Assembly: GCA_963665275.2 (NCBI GenBank)
Contig: CAXXIN010000007.1
Location: 224,001-288,000 of the forward strand
DNA length: 64,000 nt
Direction of reading: 5' to 3'
Source of the DNA: Negativicutes bacterium
Lineage (GTDB): Bacteria > Bacillota > Negativicutes > UBA1444
Shown: positions 10,345 to 20,226 of the stretch, in pieces
Numbering within the stretch: the stretch's first letter is position 1
Layout: each line of letters opens with the position of its first letter
The notes under the pieces: generated by a model
What the model saw: only the letters and a program-made list of their open reading frames with translations
What the model was told of the DNA's origin: nothing
The model's database searches: none
Position numbers and translations under genes: made by a program

Positions 10345-12686
10345 TCAGAACCTCTTTCGTTCTTGATCAAGGCTTGTTTCAATACTTCATCCAGATGTTC
10401 CACCCAGATGAAGTCCAGATTTTGGCGAACATTTTCCGGTATTTCGATATAGTCCCGTTTATTTTCCTTCGGCAGCAGCAGAGTTTTGATACCGGCCCGA
10501 TGAGCGGCCAGCACTTTTTCCTTAATGCCGCCTACCGGCAGAACCCTTCCGCGCAGGGTAATCTCGCCGGTCATGGCCAGATCGTTACGCACCTTGAGCC
10601 CGGTCAGCGCCGAAATCATCGCCGTAGCCATCGCAATGCCCGCAGACGGTCCATCCTTGGGTATTGCTCCTTCCGGCAGATGCACGTGAATGTCCATTTT
10701 CTCGTAAAAATCATCCGGAATCCCCAATTCCGAAGCCTTGGAGCGGATATAGCTGAATCCGGCCTGCGCCGACTCCTTCATCACATCACCCAGTTGCCCC
10801 GTCAAGGTGAGATTCCCTTTGCCCTTCATCGTAGTTACTTCCACAGGCAGCACATCACCGCCCGCTTCCGTCCAGGCCAATCCTGTCGCAACACCGACCT
10901 GGCTGCTGCGTTCCGCTTCATTCCAATGATATTTGGGCGGCCCCAGGAAAAGCTCCACGTTGGCGGGCGTCATCCTGAGCGACTTTCTCTTTTTCTGCAC
11001 GATCTGCCGCGCCACTTTGCGGCACAGGGTCGCCACGTTGCGTTCGAGACTCCGAACGCCTGCCTCGCGGGTATAACTGCGAATAATTTTCTCGACCCCA
11101 TCCTCCGGAAAAGCGATGAGACGGCCTGTCAGTCCATGATCCTTCTGCTGCTTGGGAATCAGGAACTTCTTGGCTATTTGTATTTTTTCTTCCTGCGTAT
11201 AGCCGGAGATCGTGATCATCTCCATACGGTCGAGGAGCGGCCGCGGGATATTATGCATTGCATTGGCTGTCACCACCCAGAGCACATGGGACAGATCAAA
11301 GGGCAATTCGATATAGTGATCGCTGAACGTGTTGTTCTGCTCGGGGTCGAGAACCTCGAGCAGGGCGGCGCCAGGATCGCCTCGGAAGTCCGAGCTCATC
11401 TTGTCGATTTCATCCAACAGGAAAACAGGGTTCTTCGACCCGACGGTCTTCATCCCCTGGATAATGCGTCCAGGCAGCGCCCCCACATAAGTACGCCGAT
11501 GTCCCCGAATCTCCGCTTCATCGCGCACGCCACCGAGAGATACTCGGACAAACTTGCGTTCCATGGAACGGGCGATGGAGCGGGCCAGGGAAGTCTTGCC
11601 AACGCCAGGCGGCCCAACGAGGCACAGAATCGGTCCCTTCATCGTTTTCGTCAGCTTGCGGACAGACAAATATTCCAAAATGCGTTCTTTGACTTTTTCC
11701 AGCCCATAATGGTCTTCTTCCAAATACTGCTCAGCAATGTTGATGTCCAGTCGGTCCGCAGTTTCGTTGCTCCAGGGAAGTCCGAGCAGCCAGTCAAGAT
11801 AGGTGCGGATCACACCGCTTTCCGCCGACATCGGCGACATCTTTTCCAGTCGCTCGATCTCCTTGGCGACTTTCTCGGCAACCTCTTTCGGCAGTTCCTG
11901 GTCCTTCATCTTTTGCCGGTATTCCTCAACCTCGGAGGCTCGCTCGTCTTTCTCCCCCAGCTCCTGCTGGATCGCCTTCATCTGCTCGCGCAAAAAATAT
12001 TCTTTCTGCGTTTTTTCCATCTGTTTGCGCACACGACCGCTGATTTTCTTTTCTATTTCGAGAATTTCCATTTCGCGGTTGATGATTTCCATGAGAAGGT
12101 CCAGGCGCGTACGGATGTCGACGGCCGCCAACAATTCCTGCTTGTCTTCCAGTTTCAGCGGCAAATGGCCTAATACCAGATCACTGAGCCTGTCGGGGTC
12201 ATCTACAGCCACCACCGTGGCGACAGTTTCCGGGGGGATTTTCTTGCTCAGTTTCGCCCATTGCTCGAACTGATGCGCCAACATACGGGCTTGAGCTTCA
12301 AGTTCAGGGGTTTTGCGCACCGCAACATCCTTGAACTCCTCCACCTCGACCTCGAAAAACGGTTCTTCCTTCACATACCGGACGATCCGGGCACGGTGGA
12401 GACCTTCCACCAAAACACGCATGGTGCCGCCAGGCAGCTTCAGCAACTGTTTGACTTCGGCCACCGTCCCCGCCTCATAGATATCTTCCGGCGTCGGTGC
12501 GTCGTTCTGCGCATCCCGCTGCGTGGCAAGCATGATCAGACGATCCTGCATCATGACCTGCTCCAGCGCATTGATCGATTTTTCCCGGCCAACGTCCAGA
12601 TGGATGATCATGTAGGGAAATACCAATACGCCACGCAGAGGCAACATAATCATGGTCTTTGTATTTTCAACTCTATTTTCCGACAT
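10341..12686 (-). CDS. lon: Lon protease
   Basis: [30 protein letters not shown]. Confidence 0.99.
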   Translation of the reverse strand: MSENRVENTKTMIMLPLRGVLVFPYMIIHLDVGREKSINALEQVMMQDRLIMLATQRDAQNDAPTPEDIYEAGTVAEVKQLLKLPGGTMRVLVEGLHRARIVRYVKEEPFFEVEVEEFKDVAVRKTPELEAQARMLAHQFEQWAKLSKKIPPETVATVVAVDDPDRLSDLVLGHLPLKLEDKQELLAAVDIRTRLDLLMEIINREMEILEIEKKISGRVRKQMEKTQKEYFLREQMKAIQQELGEKDERASEVEEYRQKMKDQELPKEVAEKVAKEIERLEKMSPMSAESGVIRTYLDWLLGLPWSNETADRLDINIAEQYLEEDHYGLEKVKERILEYLSVRKLTKTMKGPILCLVGPPGVGKTSLARSIARSMERKFVRVSLGGVRDEAEIRGHRRTYVGALPGRIIQGMKTVGSKNPVFLLDEIDKMSSDFRGDPGAALLEVLDPEQNNTFSDHYIELPFDLSHVLWVVTANAMHNIPRPLLDRMEMITISGYTQEEKIQIAKKFLIPKQQKDHGLTGRLIAFPEDGVEKIIRSYTREAGVRSLERNVATLCRKVARQIVQKKRKSLRMTPANVELFLGPPKYHWNEAERSSQVGVATGLAWTEAGGDVLPVEVTTMKGKGNLTLTGQLGDVMKESAQAGFSYIRSKASELGIPDDFYEKMDIHVHLPEGAIPKDGPSAGIAMATAMISALTGLKVRNDLAMTGEITLRGRVLPVGGIKEKVLAAHRAGIKTLLLPKENKRDYIEIPENVRQNLDFIWVEHLDEVLKQALIKNERGSE

Positions 12687-12776
12687 TGTAAAAGCCTCCT
12701 CTTTCTGGCTGTGAGAATCATTTCATTATTCGCCTGTATTTAACTATGTTCTCACTCAACCCCTTAAATTCCTCTG

Positions 12777-12813
12777 AAAAAAAAATTTCCGGGAGAATAA
12801 TCTCCCGGAAATT
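12777..12813 (-). terminator. Intrinsic terminator after clpX
   Basis: 13-bp inverted repeat aatttccgggaga/tctcccggaaatt with a T-tract on the minus strand. Confidence 0.8.
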
Positions 12814-12853
12814 ATCTAAATGCAGCTTCAAAATCAAAGCAGCTCCAGAAGGA

Positions 12854-14125
12854 TCAGGCCGATTCTTCCTTCTTCTTGGGTTTGCTCCGTTCCCCGCTCG
12901 TCACTAGAATGGGCTCGTCCTTGTTCACGACGCATTCCTTGGTGACAATGCATTTACTGACATCGGTGCGGGAAGGAACATCGTACATCACGTTGCACAT
13001 GACTTCCTCAATGATCGAACGCAGGCCCCGGGCGCCAGTCTTGCGTTGCAACGCAGCGTGGGCTACTGCCCGCAAGGCGTCCTCCTTGAATTCCAGCTGT
13101 ACGCCATCAAGCTCCAGCAGTTTCTGATACTGCTTCACCAGTGCGTTTTTGGGTTCCATCAGAATCCGGACCAACGCGTCTTCATCCAGGGAGTCGAGAG
13201 TCACCGTAACCGGCAAACGACCGACGAATTCCGGGATCAAGCCGAATTTCAGCAGATCTTCCGGCATCAGATGCCGCAATGTCTCACCGACATTCCGTTC
13301 TTCCTTGCCTTTGACTTCCGCGCCGAATCCCATGGTTTTTGTGCCGATGCGGTTTGCGATGATCTTTTCGATCCCATCAAACGCGCCGCCACAAATGAAC
13401 AGCACATTCGTTGTATCGATCTGGATGAATTCCTGATGCGGGTGCTTGCGTCCACCCTGTGGCGGCACACTGGCAACAGTTCCTTCGAGGATTTTCAGCA
13501 GAGCCTGCTGAACGCCTTCACCGGAAACATCGCGGGTGATCGACGGGTTTTCGGATTTGCGGGCGATCTTATCGATCTCATCGATATACACGATCCCGCG
13601 CTCCGCTTTTTCCACGTCATAATCCGCAGCCTGGATCAGTTTGAGTAAAATGTTTTCAACATCTTCCCCGACATAACCGGCTTCCGTCAGCGAAGTGGCG
13701 TCCGCCATCGCGAACGGCACATTCAAAATGCGCGCCAGGGTCTGGGCCAACAGAGTCTTGCCGCAACCCGTGGGGCCCAGCATGATAATGTTGGATTTTT
13801 GCAGTTCAACGTCGGCTGCCTTATTTCCCATTTCGATACGCTTATAATGATTATATACAGCAACCGAAAGGATTTTTTTCGCCTTGGCCTGCCCAATGAC
13901 ATAATCATCAAGGATTCGGTTGATCTCTTTCGGTTTGGGCAGTTCTTTGCCGCCTACCGTAATCTCTTCGCCCAACTCTTCCTCAATAATTTCATTGCAC
14001 AGGTCGATGCATTCGTCGCAAATATAGACACCGGGACCGGCAACGAGTTTTTTGACCTGCTCCTGCAATTTTCCGCAAAAAGAGCATTTGAGTTGAACTT
14101 TATCTTCGCTGAATTTCAAAGTCAT
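12854..14125 (-). CDS. clpX: ATP-dependent Clp protease ATP-binding subunit ClpX
   Basis: CSFCGK zinc finger, [22 protein letters not shown]. Confidence 0.99.
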   Translation of the reverse strand: MTLKFSEDKVQLKCSFCGKLQEQVKKLVAGPGVYICDECIDLCNEIIEEELGEEITVGGKELPKPKEINRILDDYVIGQAKAKKILSVAVYNHYKRIEMGNKAADVELQKSNIIMLGPTGCGKTLLAQTLARILNVPFAMADATSLTEAGYVGEDVENILLKLIQAADYDVEKAERGIVYIDEIDKIARKSENPSITRDVSGEGVQQALLKILEGTVASVPPQGGRKHPHQEFIQIDTTNVLFICGGAFDGIEKIIANRIGTKTMGFGAEVKGKEERNVGETLRHLMPEDLLKFGLIPEFVGRLPVTVTLDSLDEDALVRILMEPKNALVKQYQKLLELDGVQLEFKEDALRAVAHAALQRKTGARGLRSIIEEVMCNVMYDVPSRTDVSKCIVTKECVVNKDEPILVTSGERSKPKKKEESA

Positions 14126-14130
14126 ACCCC

Positions 14131-14745
14131 CTATCGGGCTTGTTCTCCGCCGGTCACCCTGCGGGACATAATTGAGTCGATGATGCCATATTCTTTCGCC
14201 TGCAAACTCGACATGAAATTATCCCGTTCAGTATCCTGCTGGATGCGTTCCATGGTCTGTCCGGTATTGGCAGCCAAAATTTCATTGAGCAATTCACGCA
14301 TCCGCAATATTTCGCGTGCATGAATTTCGATATCGGTAGCTTGCCCTTGGGTTCCACCCAACGGTTGGTGCACCATGATGCGGGAATACGGCAAAGAATA
14401 CCGTTTTCCTTTGGCGCCGGAGGATAGCAACATGGCGCCCATACTGGCGGCTGACCCCAGACAAATCGTCGCCACATCCGGTTTAATATACTGCATGGTG
14501 TCGTAAATCGCCAAGCCTGCAGTCACTGACCCGCCGGGTGAATTGATATACATCTGGACATCCTTGTCCGGGTCCTCGGACTCCAGGAACAACAGTTGCG
14601 CGATAATAAGGTTCGCAACGGTATCATCGATGGGTCCACCCAAAAAGATAATGCGGTCCTTGAGCAGGCGCGACCAGATATCATAGGCGCGCTCGCCCCG
14701 GTTGGACTGTTCCACTACAATCGGCACAAAGTTCAAGGTATTCAC
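14131..14745 (-). CDS. clpP: Clp protease proteolytic subunit
   Basis: [20 protein letters not shown]. Confidence 0.99.
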   Translation of the reverse strand: MNTLNFVPIVVEQSNRGERAYDIWSRLLKDRIIFLGGPIDDTVANLIIAQLLFLESEDPDKDVQMYINSPGGSVTAGLAIYDTMQYIKPDVATICLGSAASMGAMLLSSGAKGKRYSLPYSRIMVHQPLGGTQGQATDIEIHAREILRMRELLNEILAANTGQTMERIQQDTERDNFMSSLQAKEYGIIDSIMSRRVTGGEQAR

Positions 14746-14773
14746 CTCATATCTCTAAATTTTTAATAGTCGT

Positions 14774-16063
14774 TTAGGCTTTTACTGCCGAGTCCGTGAT
14801 GAACTGCGCCGCTTTACGGCGAAGAATGGTTTCTTTGACCGCTTCGGCATGGCGCTTGTCCGCGAGCATTTTCTTCAGCTCGGCATCAGGCATTTTATAA
14901 GCCTTCGCCATCTTGTCCACTTCTTCGGAATACTCTTCATCGGATACAGCCAGTTCTTCCGCTTTGACGATCGCTTCGAGCGTCAGTTCCGTACGAACTT
15001 CTTCCAGGGCGGCCGGGCGATAGCGATCGCGCAGACCAGCCAGATCGGTGTTCATGTAACCCAGATACTTATCGAGAGATAGTCCTCGTTGACTCAAATT
15101 TGCATCCATATCCTGAATCATGTGTTCCACTTGATCATCGACCATGATTTCAGGCACTTCAATCGTAGCATTGGCGACCGCTTGTTTCAATGCCGCTTCG
15201 TGAAAAGCAGACTCATCTTTGTTTTTAGCCGCCTCAGCAAGCTTCGCCAGCGTCTTTTCCTTCATTTCGACCAAAGTGTCGGCATCGCCGGCTTCTTTGG
15301 CGAAGTCATCGTTCAACTCCGGCAGTTCTTTGCGTTTCACATCGTTGATCTTCGTAACGAAAACGGCTTCTTTGCCGGCCAATTCGGGCACAAAGTATTC
15401 CGAAGGGAACGTCACTTTGACTTCCCGTTCCTCACCGGCTTTGGCTCCGAGCAATTGCTCCTCGAATCCCGGAATGAAGCTGCCGGAACCAATTTCCAGC
15501 GGATAACCCTTCGATTGACCGCCGCTGAAAGGTTTACCATCAACCGTGCCGTCAAAATCGATGAGCGCAAAATCTCCCTGGCCCAGCGCCGCATCCTCAG
15601 CCACTACCATTTTGGCGTGCCGTTCACGCAGCGACTCCAGCTGTTTGTCGACTTCTTCCGAGGTGACTTCGGTCACTGGGGCATTCACTGTCAAACCCTT
15701 GTATTCGCCCAAAACCACTTCCGGACGGGTAACAACGCTGACCGTGAAAACGCAGGGTTCGCCGGCGTTCAGTGTAACATCGGTCACTTCCGGGCGACCT
15801 ACCGGATCGATCGTATTTTCTTCGACCGCCCGTCGATAAGCATCGGGAATGACGAAATCAAATGCTTCAGAACGCATCCCATCGGCGCCGACTCGCGCCT
15901 CGATCATTTTGCGTGGGGCTTTTCCTTTGCGGAATCCTGGAATATTTACCTGTTGCGCCAGCTTTTGGTATGCCTTCTCATAAGCCTTGGCAACGTCTTC
16001 CACCGGTAGTTCGATGACCAGTTCGGTGATATTGTGTTCTTTTTTTGATACTGTAACTTTCAC
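14774..16063 (-). CDS. tig: Trigger factor
   Basis: IPGFRKGKAP signature, FKBP domain FIPGFE; GTG start at 16063 after AGGAGG. Confidence 0.98.
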   Translation of the reverse strand: MKVTVSKKEHNITELVIELPVEDVAKAYEKAYQKLAQQVNIPGFRKGKAPRKMIEARVGADGMRSEAFDFVIPDAYRRAVEENTIDPVGRPEVTDVTLNAGEPCVFTVSVVTRPEVVLGEYKGLTVNAPVTEVTSEEVDKQLESLRERHAKMVVAEDAALGQGDFALIDFDGTVDGKPFSGGQSKGYPLEIGSGSFIPGFEEQLLGAKAGEEREVKVTFPSEYFVPELAGKEAVFVTKINDVKRKELPELNDDFAKEAGDADTLVEMKEKTLAKLAEAAKNKDESAFHEAALKQAVANATIEVPEIMVDDQVEHMIQDMDANLSQRGLSLDKYLGYMNTDLAGLRDRYRPAALEEVRTELTLEAIVKAEELAVSDEEYSEEVDKMAKAYKMPDAELKKMLADKRHAEAVKETILRRKAAQFITDSAVKA

Positions 16064-16209
16064 GTATTGTCCTCCTTTGAATCCTGCTGGAAGCTTTTCG
16101 GCAAGGAGCCGAAAACAGCCCTTTGCATTGACTTTTATTGTAACATTCTTGCCTAAAAAAAACAATCGACAAAGAAAAAACCGGCAGAAAACTGCCGGGA
16201 TTCCGTCGA

Positions 16210-16284
16210 TGGAGCGGAAAACGAGATTCGAACTCGCGACCCTCGCCTTGGCAAGGCGATGCTCTACCGCTGAGCTACTTCCGC
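16210..16284 (-). tRNA. tRNA-Gly(GCC)
   Basis: GCGGAAGTAGCTCAG...TTGCCAA...GTTCGAATC...CCA. Confidence 0.98.
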
Positions 16285-16299
16285 ATAGTAACAGAAATT

Positions 16300-16329
16300 A
16301 TTTTACTCTCTGAATGTTTCGTTTGTCAA
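16300..16329 (-). promoter_or_regulatory. sigma-A promoter for tRNA-Gly/tig
   Basis: TTGACA-18 nt-TAAAAT just upstream of the tRNA. Confidence 0.65.
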
Positions 16330-16336
16330 GACTTCT

Positions 16337-16447
16337 TTATTGGTGCGCCAACAGCCACTGTACCAAAACTGCGAGTCCTACCAGGACCCATACCAGCATT
16401 CAGGGACGGCAATAATTCTTCACGAACTCACCGATGCGAGCAAACAT
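16337..16447 (-). CDS. Candidate 36-aa membrane selenoprotein (CxxU), or a small gene with a nonsense mutation
   Basis: AGAGGAG RBS; MFARIGEFVKNYCRP(UGA)MLVWVLVGLAVLVQWLLAHQ-stop; hairpin GGGUCCU-GGU-AGGACUC whose loop starts 17 nt after the UGA. Confidence 0.55.
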
Positions 16448-16672
16448 GGCGTCCAACTCCTCTTTTGATTTGCAAAATTTCATACAGCTTCTTTCAAATT
16501 ATATATGAGGTAGTCAGGGATCACAATAGAGCCTCACGTTAAATTTAAGAGGCTGTTTTATGCTGGCGTTGACTCTTTTCATAATAAATTGGAAGGAATT
16601 AGAGCAAAGTGAGGCGAAGAATATTCTATTATCGAATATCAAAATAAATCAAACAGATGGGAAGGTGGAAAA

Positions 16673-17794
16673 ATGTCCCTGCGCGGAAAAATTCAGTGGC
16701 TATCATTTGTCTTGGTTCTCTTACTAGCAACCACAGTGCCTATGCAATCGACTGCAAATGCCTGCTCTTTCATCCAAGTCGTCGCCCAAGACGGAACCCG
16801 GATTACCGGTCGAACCATGGAGTTCGGCGTTGATATGAAACCGGCATGGGTGGTGACGCCCGCGGGAAAGGAGTTTACCAGCCCTGCGCCGGAAGGATAC
16901 CGGGGACTAGCCTGGAAAACCAAATACGGTTCTGTGGCAGCTCATAACTTTGGTGAGCAAACCATGGCGCTGGACGGAATGAATGAAAAAGGCCTGGTCG
17001 TCAGTGGACTCTGGTATGAAAACGACATGAAGTGGAATGATCCGGCCGATTCCAGCGGCAAGCCGGTTCTATCCCATGCCTTATTGATATCCTGGCTGTT
17101 GGGGAATTTCGAAACGACGGCCGAAGTCGCGAAAGCCGTCAAATCAGTCACCGTTTATGGGCAGCCTATCGCTTCGATGGGAGGAGCAATCCCCCCTCTG
17201 CACTTCGCCGCGCAAGACGCTTCAGGCGGCTCTATCGTCATTGAATGGGATCGTGGCGCCGTCAACGTTTATGATAACCCTCTGGGTATCATGACCAACG
17301 CGCCTAACTTTCCTTATATGATGACGAATCTGCGAAACTATGCCGGCCTCAATGCGGAGCAATGGAGTGCAACTCAATTCAATGGGGTCAAGGTTGTTCC
17401 AACGGGTCATGGAGCCGGCATGTTCGGCTTGCCCGGCGATATCACCCCACCCAGTCGATTCGTTCGGCTTGCCGTTCTGCGGCAATTTGCCGACCCGGCT
17501 CCCGATGCGGCCAATGCGCTGAAACTCGCGCGCCATCTGCTGAACTCCGTCTATATCACGCGGGGAACCATCGTGGACAGGAATGCAACCGGTGCGGTAA
17601 CGGCAGCGGAAAGCACCCAGTGGACGGCCTATTACGACCTGACCAACCGGGCGCTCTACTTTCAAACCTATGACAATTCGACCTTGCGAAAAATCGACCT
17701 GAAAGCGATTGATTTCAAAAGCGCCAATCATCAATCCATCAATTTGTCCTATGAAAACGAAACGATCATTGATGTTACAGGCCAAATCAAGTAA
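16673..17794 (+). CDS. Secreted Ntn-hydrolase, choloylglycine hydrolase / penicillin V acylase family
   Basis: Signal peptide ending ANA, then catalytic Cys (CSFIQ); GRTMEF, DGMNEKGL, TNAP, PGDITPPSRF. Confidence 0.92.
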   Translation: MSLRGKIQWLSFVLVLLLATTVPMQSTANACSFIQVVAQDGTRITGRTMEFGVDMKPAWVVTPAGKEFTSPAPEGYRGLAWKTKYGSVAAHNFGEQTMALDGMNEKGLVVSGLWYENDMKWNDPADSSGKPVLSHALLISWLLGNFETTAEVAKAVKSVTVYGQPIASMGGAIPPLHFAAQDASGGSIVIEWDRGAVNVYDNPLGIMTNAPNFPYMMTNLRNYAGLNAEQWSATQFNGVKVVPTGHGAGMFGLPGDITPPSRFVRLAVLRQFADPAPDAANALKLARHLLNSVYITRGTIVDRNATGAVTAAESTQWTAYYDLTNRALYFQTYDNSTLRKIDLKAIDFKSANHQSINLSYENETIIDVTGQIK

Positions 17795-17828
17795 TAGCTC
17801 CTGCGTGTAGAAATGGAAACAGATAAAG

Positions 17829-17853
17829 AAAAGCGGGGCAAAACCCCGCTTTT
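17829..17853. terminator. Bidirectional intrinsic terminator
   Basis: aaaagcgggg-caaaa-ccccgctttt between the hydrolase gene and tRNA-Leu. Confidence 0.8.
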
Positions 17854-17971
17854 GTCATACTATTTTCCATATAATCATTAGGTTAGGTTGTTGGCAAAAT
17901 TGTTAGCAATTGGCGCAAGACATTTATTAGCGACAGGAATTTCCAGCTTCTCAAGTGCTGGTTGTATTGAT

Positions 17972-18055
17972 TGGTGCGGGCGAGAGGACTTGAACCTCCA
18001 CGAGTTGCCCCGCCAGATCCTAAGTCTGGTGCGTCTGCCGTTCCGCCACGCCCGC
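17972..18055 (-). tRNA. tRNA-Leu(TAG)
   Basis: GCGGGCGTGGCGGAA...ACTTAGGAT, long variable arm, GTTCAAGTC...ACCA. Confidence 0.97.
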
Positions 18056-18225
18056 ACGGTTTCCTGTTGAATTATAGCAGAAATCAGACAAAATGCAAGA
18101 TCTAAAAATCATCGAGGGACCGAGTCGACGCCTTTTCCCGCTAGAAAGCTGATACAATATTAGCATCGATAATACATTGAATCTCCTACTCATATATTGG
18201 AGCATAGCATGAAAGGAAACTTATT

Positions 18226-19164
18226 TTGAAAAAAAGCGCACACCCATTACCTCTGACCGTACTGGTCGCACTTTTCTCCGTCTATGTATTTTGGGGCGGC
18301 ACCTATCTGGCAATGAGATTTGCCATCGAAACCTTGCCGCCCTTTTTCATGGCCGGTACGCGATTTTTGATCGCCGGACTCATCTTGTTCCTTATTGACC
18401 ATTTTCGCGGAACTCCGCTTCCCACTCTGCGTCAATGGAAAACCGCCGGTATCACTGGTGCACTGCTTTTGCTCGGTGGCAATGGGAGCGTTGTTTGGGC
18501 GCAACAATTCGTCCCCTCAGGACTAACTGCCATCATTGTCGCGGCAGTTCCGCTTTGGATGGCTCTGTTTGCCTGGATAGCCCCCGGCGGCAGAAGGCCG
18601 TCGTCGCTCGCTGCCCTGGGGCTTCTATTGGGCTTCGGCGGAATTGTTCTTTTGATCGTCGGTAATTCTAACGCCAAAATATCGACCGATGCGGTACCCT
18701 GGTTCGGTTATGCAACGCTGGCCCTCGGCTCCGTGTCTTGGTCGCTTGGTTCGCTCTATTCTCGCCGCGCCGCCATGCCTGTTTCGCCCTGGACATCGAT
18801 CGCCATGCAAATGATAGCGGGCGGAGCTTTACTCTGGTTTGCCGGACTCGGCGCCGGCGAGTGGGTTGCTCTTGACCTCAGTCACGTTTCCGTACGGTCA
18901 CTCCTTGCGTTCGCCTACCTGATTTTTTTCGGATCCCTTGTCGGATTCAGCGCTTATGTCTGGCTGTTGCAGGCAACTACTCCCGCTCTGGCCTCGACTT
19001 ACGCCTATGTCAACCCGATTATCGCCGTGTTTCTCGGTTGGGCGTTCGCAAATGAAAAATTCACCTTTGTGGACGCGATCGCTTCCGGCCTTATCGTTTG
19101 CTCAGTTGCCATCATCACTTTTGCCAACACCAGGCCGTCCGCGTGCGATGAAAGAAAACAATGA
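18226..19164 (+). CDS. EamA/DMT family transporter (YedA-like)
   Basis: VYVFWGGTYLAMR, YAYVNPIIAVFLG, about 10 TM. Confidence 0.92.
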   Translation: MKKSAHPLPLTVLVALFSVYVFWGGTYLAMRFAIETLPPFFMAGTRFLIAGLILFLIDHFRGTPLPTLRQWKTAGITGALLLLGGNGSVVWAQQFVPSGLTAIIVAAVPLWMALFAWIAPGGRRPSSLAALGLLLGFGGIVLLIVGNSNAKISTDAVPWFGYATLALGSVSWSLGSLYSRRAAMPVSPWTSIAMQMIAGGALLWFAGLGAGEWVALDLSHVSVRSLLAFAYLIFFGSLVGFSAYVWLLQATTPALASTYAYVNPIIAVFLGWAFANEKFTFVDAIASGLIVCSVAIITFANTRPSACDERKQ

Positions 19165-19181
19165 CCTGCTAATCGATTTTC

Positions 19182-20192
19182 TTATTTGTCGGGCGTTATC
19201 GAGCCATGCGGCACCGCCAGGAAAATCAACGAACAATTGGCATAATCGCCGGATTGCAGCAGCGCAACCAAATCGTAGGCGACTCCTTGTACCACGCCAA
19301 CGCCGGATACGCTGGAAAAATTCGGGTACATCAAGGCTGCAGTATTCAGATAGGCCGGAGTCGCAGTTGAACCTGCCGTAATCGAAGTCGGCGCCCAGGC
19401 GGTTTGCGCACCGGCTGCCTGAATTGTGAGAAACTGCGTCACGTTTAATGTGCTGGTATACGGCGGTTTGCCATCAATTGCCCCAATAGCGGTATTGGTT
19501 GTGCTCCAGCCGTAATTATTGGTTCCATCGCCGAAACTGAGTGCTGCGGCCGGCGAGAAAGACCACTTGAACCCAGAACTATAGGCGGGCGTAGCAAATC
19601 CTTCTGATCCGGTCACCATGAAATTCAGGTCAGCTGTTTTGGAATTCAGTTGGCCATTTGTACTGTTGATGACTATCGGCACTGAAAAATATGCCGTATG
19701 AGCGGCATACGATTGATATGGGGTTTGAGTGCTATTGTTGGCTTTATTAGTCAAGTCAATACTGTTGGGATTGTAATTCTTATTGTTCTTGTCACTGGAT
19801 TGAACCCAGGAGTTGTTCGGGTTGTTCAAGCCGATTTGCACGGAATGAAAAGCAAAGCCGCTGCTGCCGGTCGCTTTCCCTCCGCCACCGCTGCTGTCAT
19901 TAGAACCAGTGATCCCCTTCAGCCAAAACGATTCGACGGCAGTGGGCGTGTTAGGAATTTGCGACCCGGAAAAGCCTTTCATGATGTCGTTCTTTTTTGC
20001 GGGATCGCCGATATAAATCTCCCATGGGGTCATGTTGATAATATTTAGCACATTCAGCATATTCATCGTCGGTTTATTATACTGTACCTGGGTATAAGCC
20101 ATGATGCTGGCGTAGGGAGCATTGGCCGAGACCAGGCTGCTAAAAGCAAACACAAATGCCATCAGGCAATAGGCCACCGTTCTTTTAAGCAT
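19182..20192 (-). CDS. Hypothetical secreted Ser/Thr/Asn/Gly-rich protein
   Basis: Sec signal peptide (..SLVSA|NA), 336-aa open frame, no family recognised. Confidence 0.75.
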   Translation of the reverse strand: MLKRTVAYCLMAFVFAFSSLVSANAPYASIMAYTQVQYNKPTMNMLNVLNIINMTPWEIYIGDPAKKNDIMKGFSGSQIPNTPTAVESFWLKGITGSNDSSGGGGKATGSSGFAFHSVQIGLNNPNNSWVQSSDKNNKNYNPNSIDLTNKANNSTQTPYQSYAAHTAYFSVPIVINSTNGQLNSKTADLNFMVTGSEGFATPAYSSGFKWSFSPAAALSFGDGTNNYGWSTTNTAIGAIDGKPPYTSTLNVTQFLTIQAAGAQTAWAPTSITAGSTATPAYLNTAALMYPNFSSVSGVGVVQGVAYDLVALLQSGDYANCSLIFLAVPHGSITPDK

Positions 20193-20226
20193 TGCAAACT
20201 CCTCGCTTTATCGCTTATTTCCGCTA

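Noticed and set aside
10374-12173. 599-aa plus-strand ORF, and similar long ORFs at 4430-5779, 15089-16009 and 42077-42943
   Set aside because: Antisense shadows of lon, valS, tig and a kinase gene; no motifs and no credible RBS.
17880-17971. att site or integrase arm sites next to tRNA-Leu
   Set aside because: Only short matches (ttggtgcg near 16340; ttggcaa/ttagcaa); no integrase and no convincing duplicated tRNA end.
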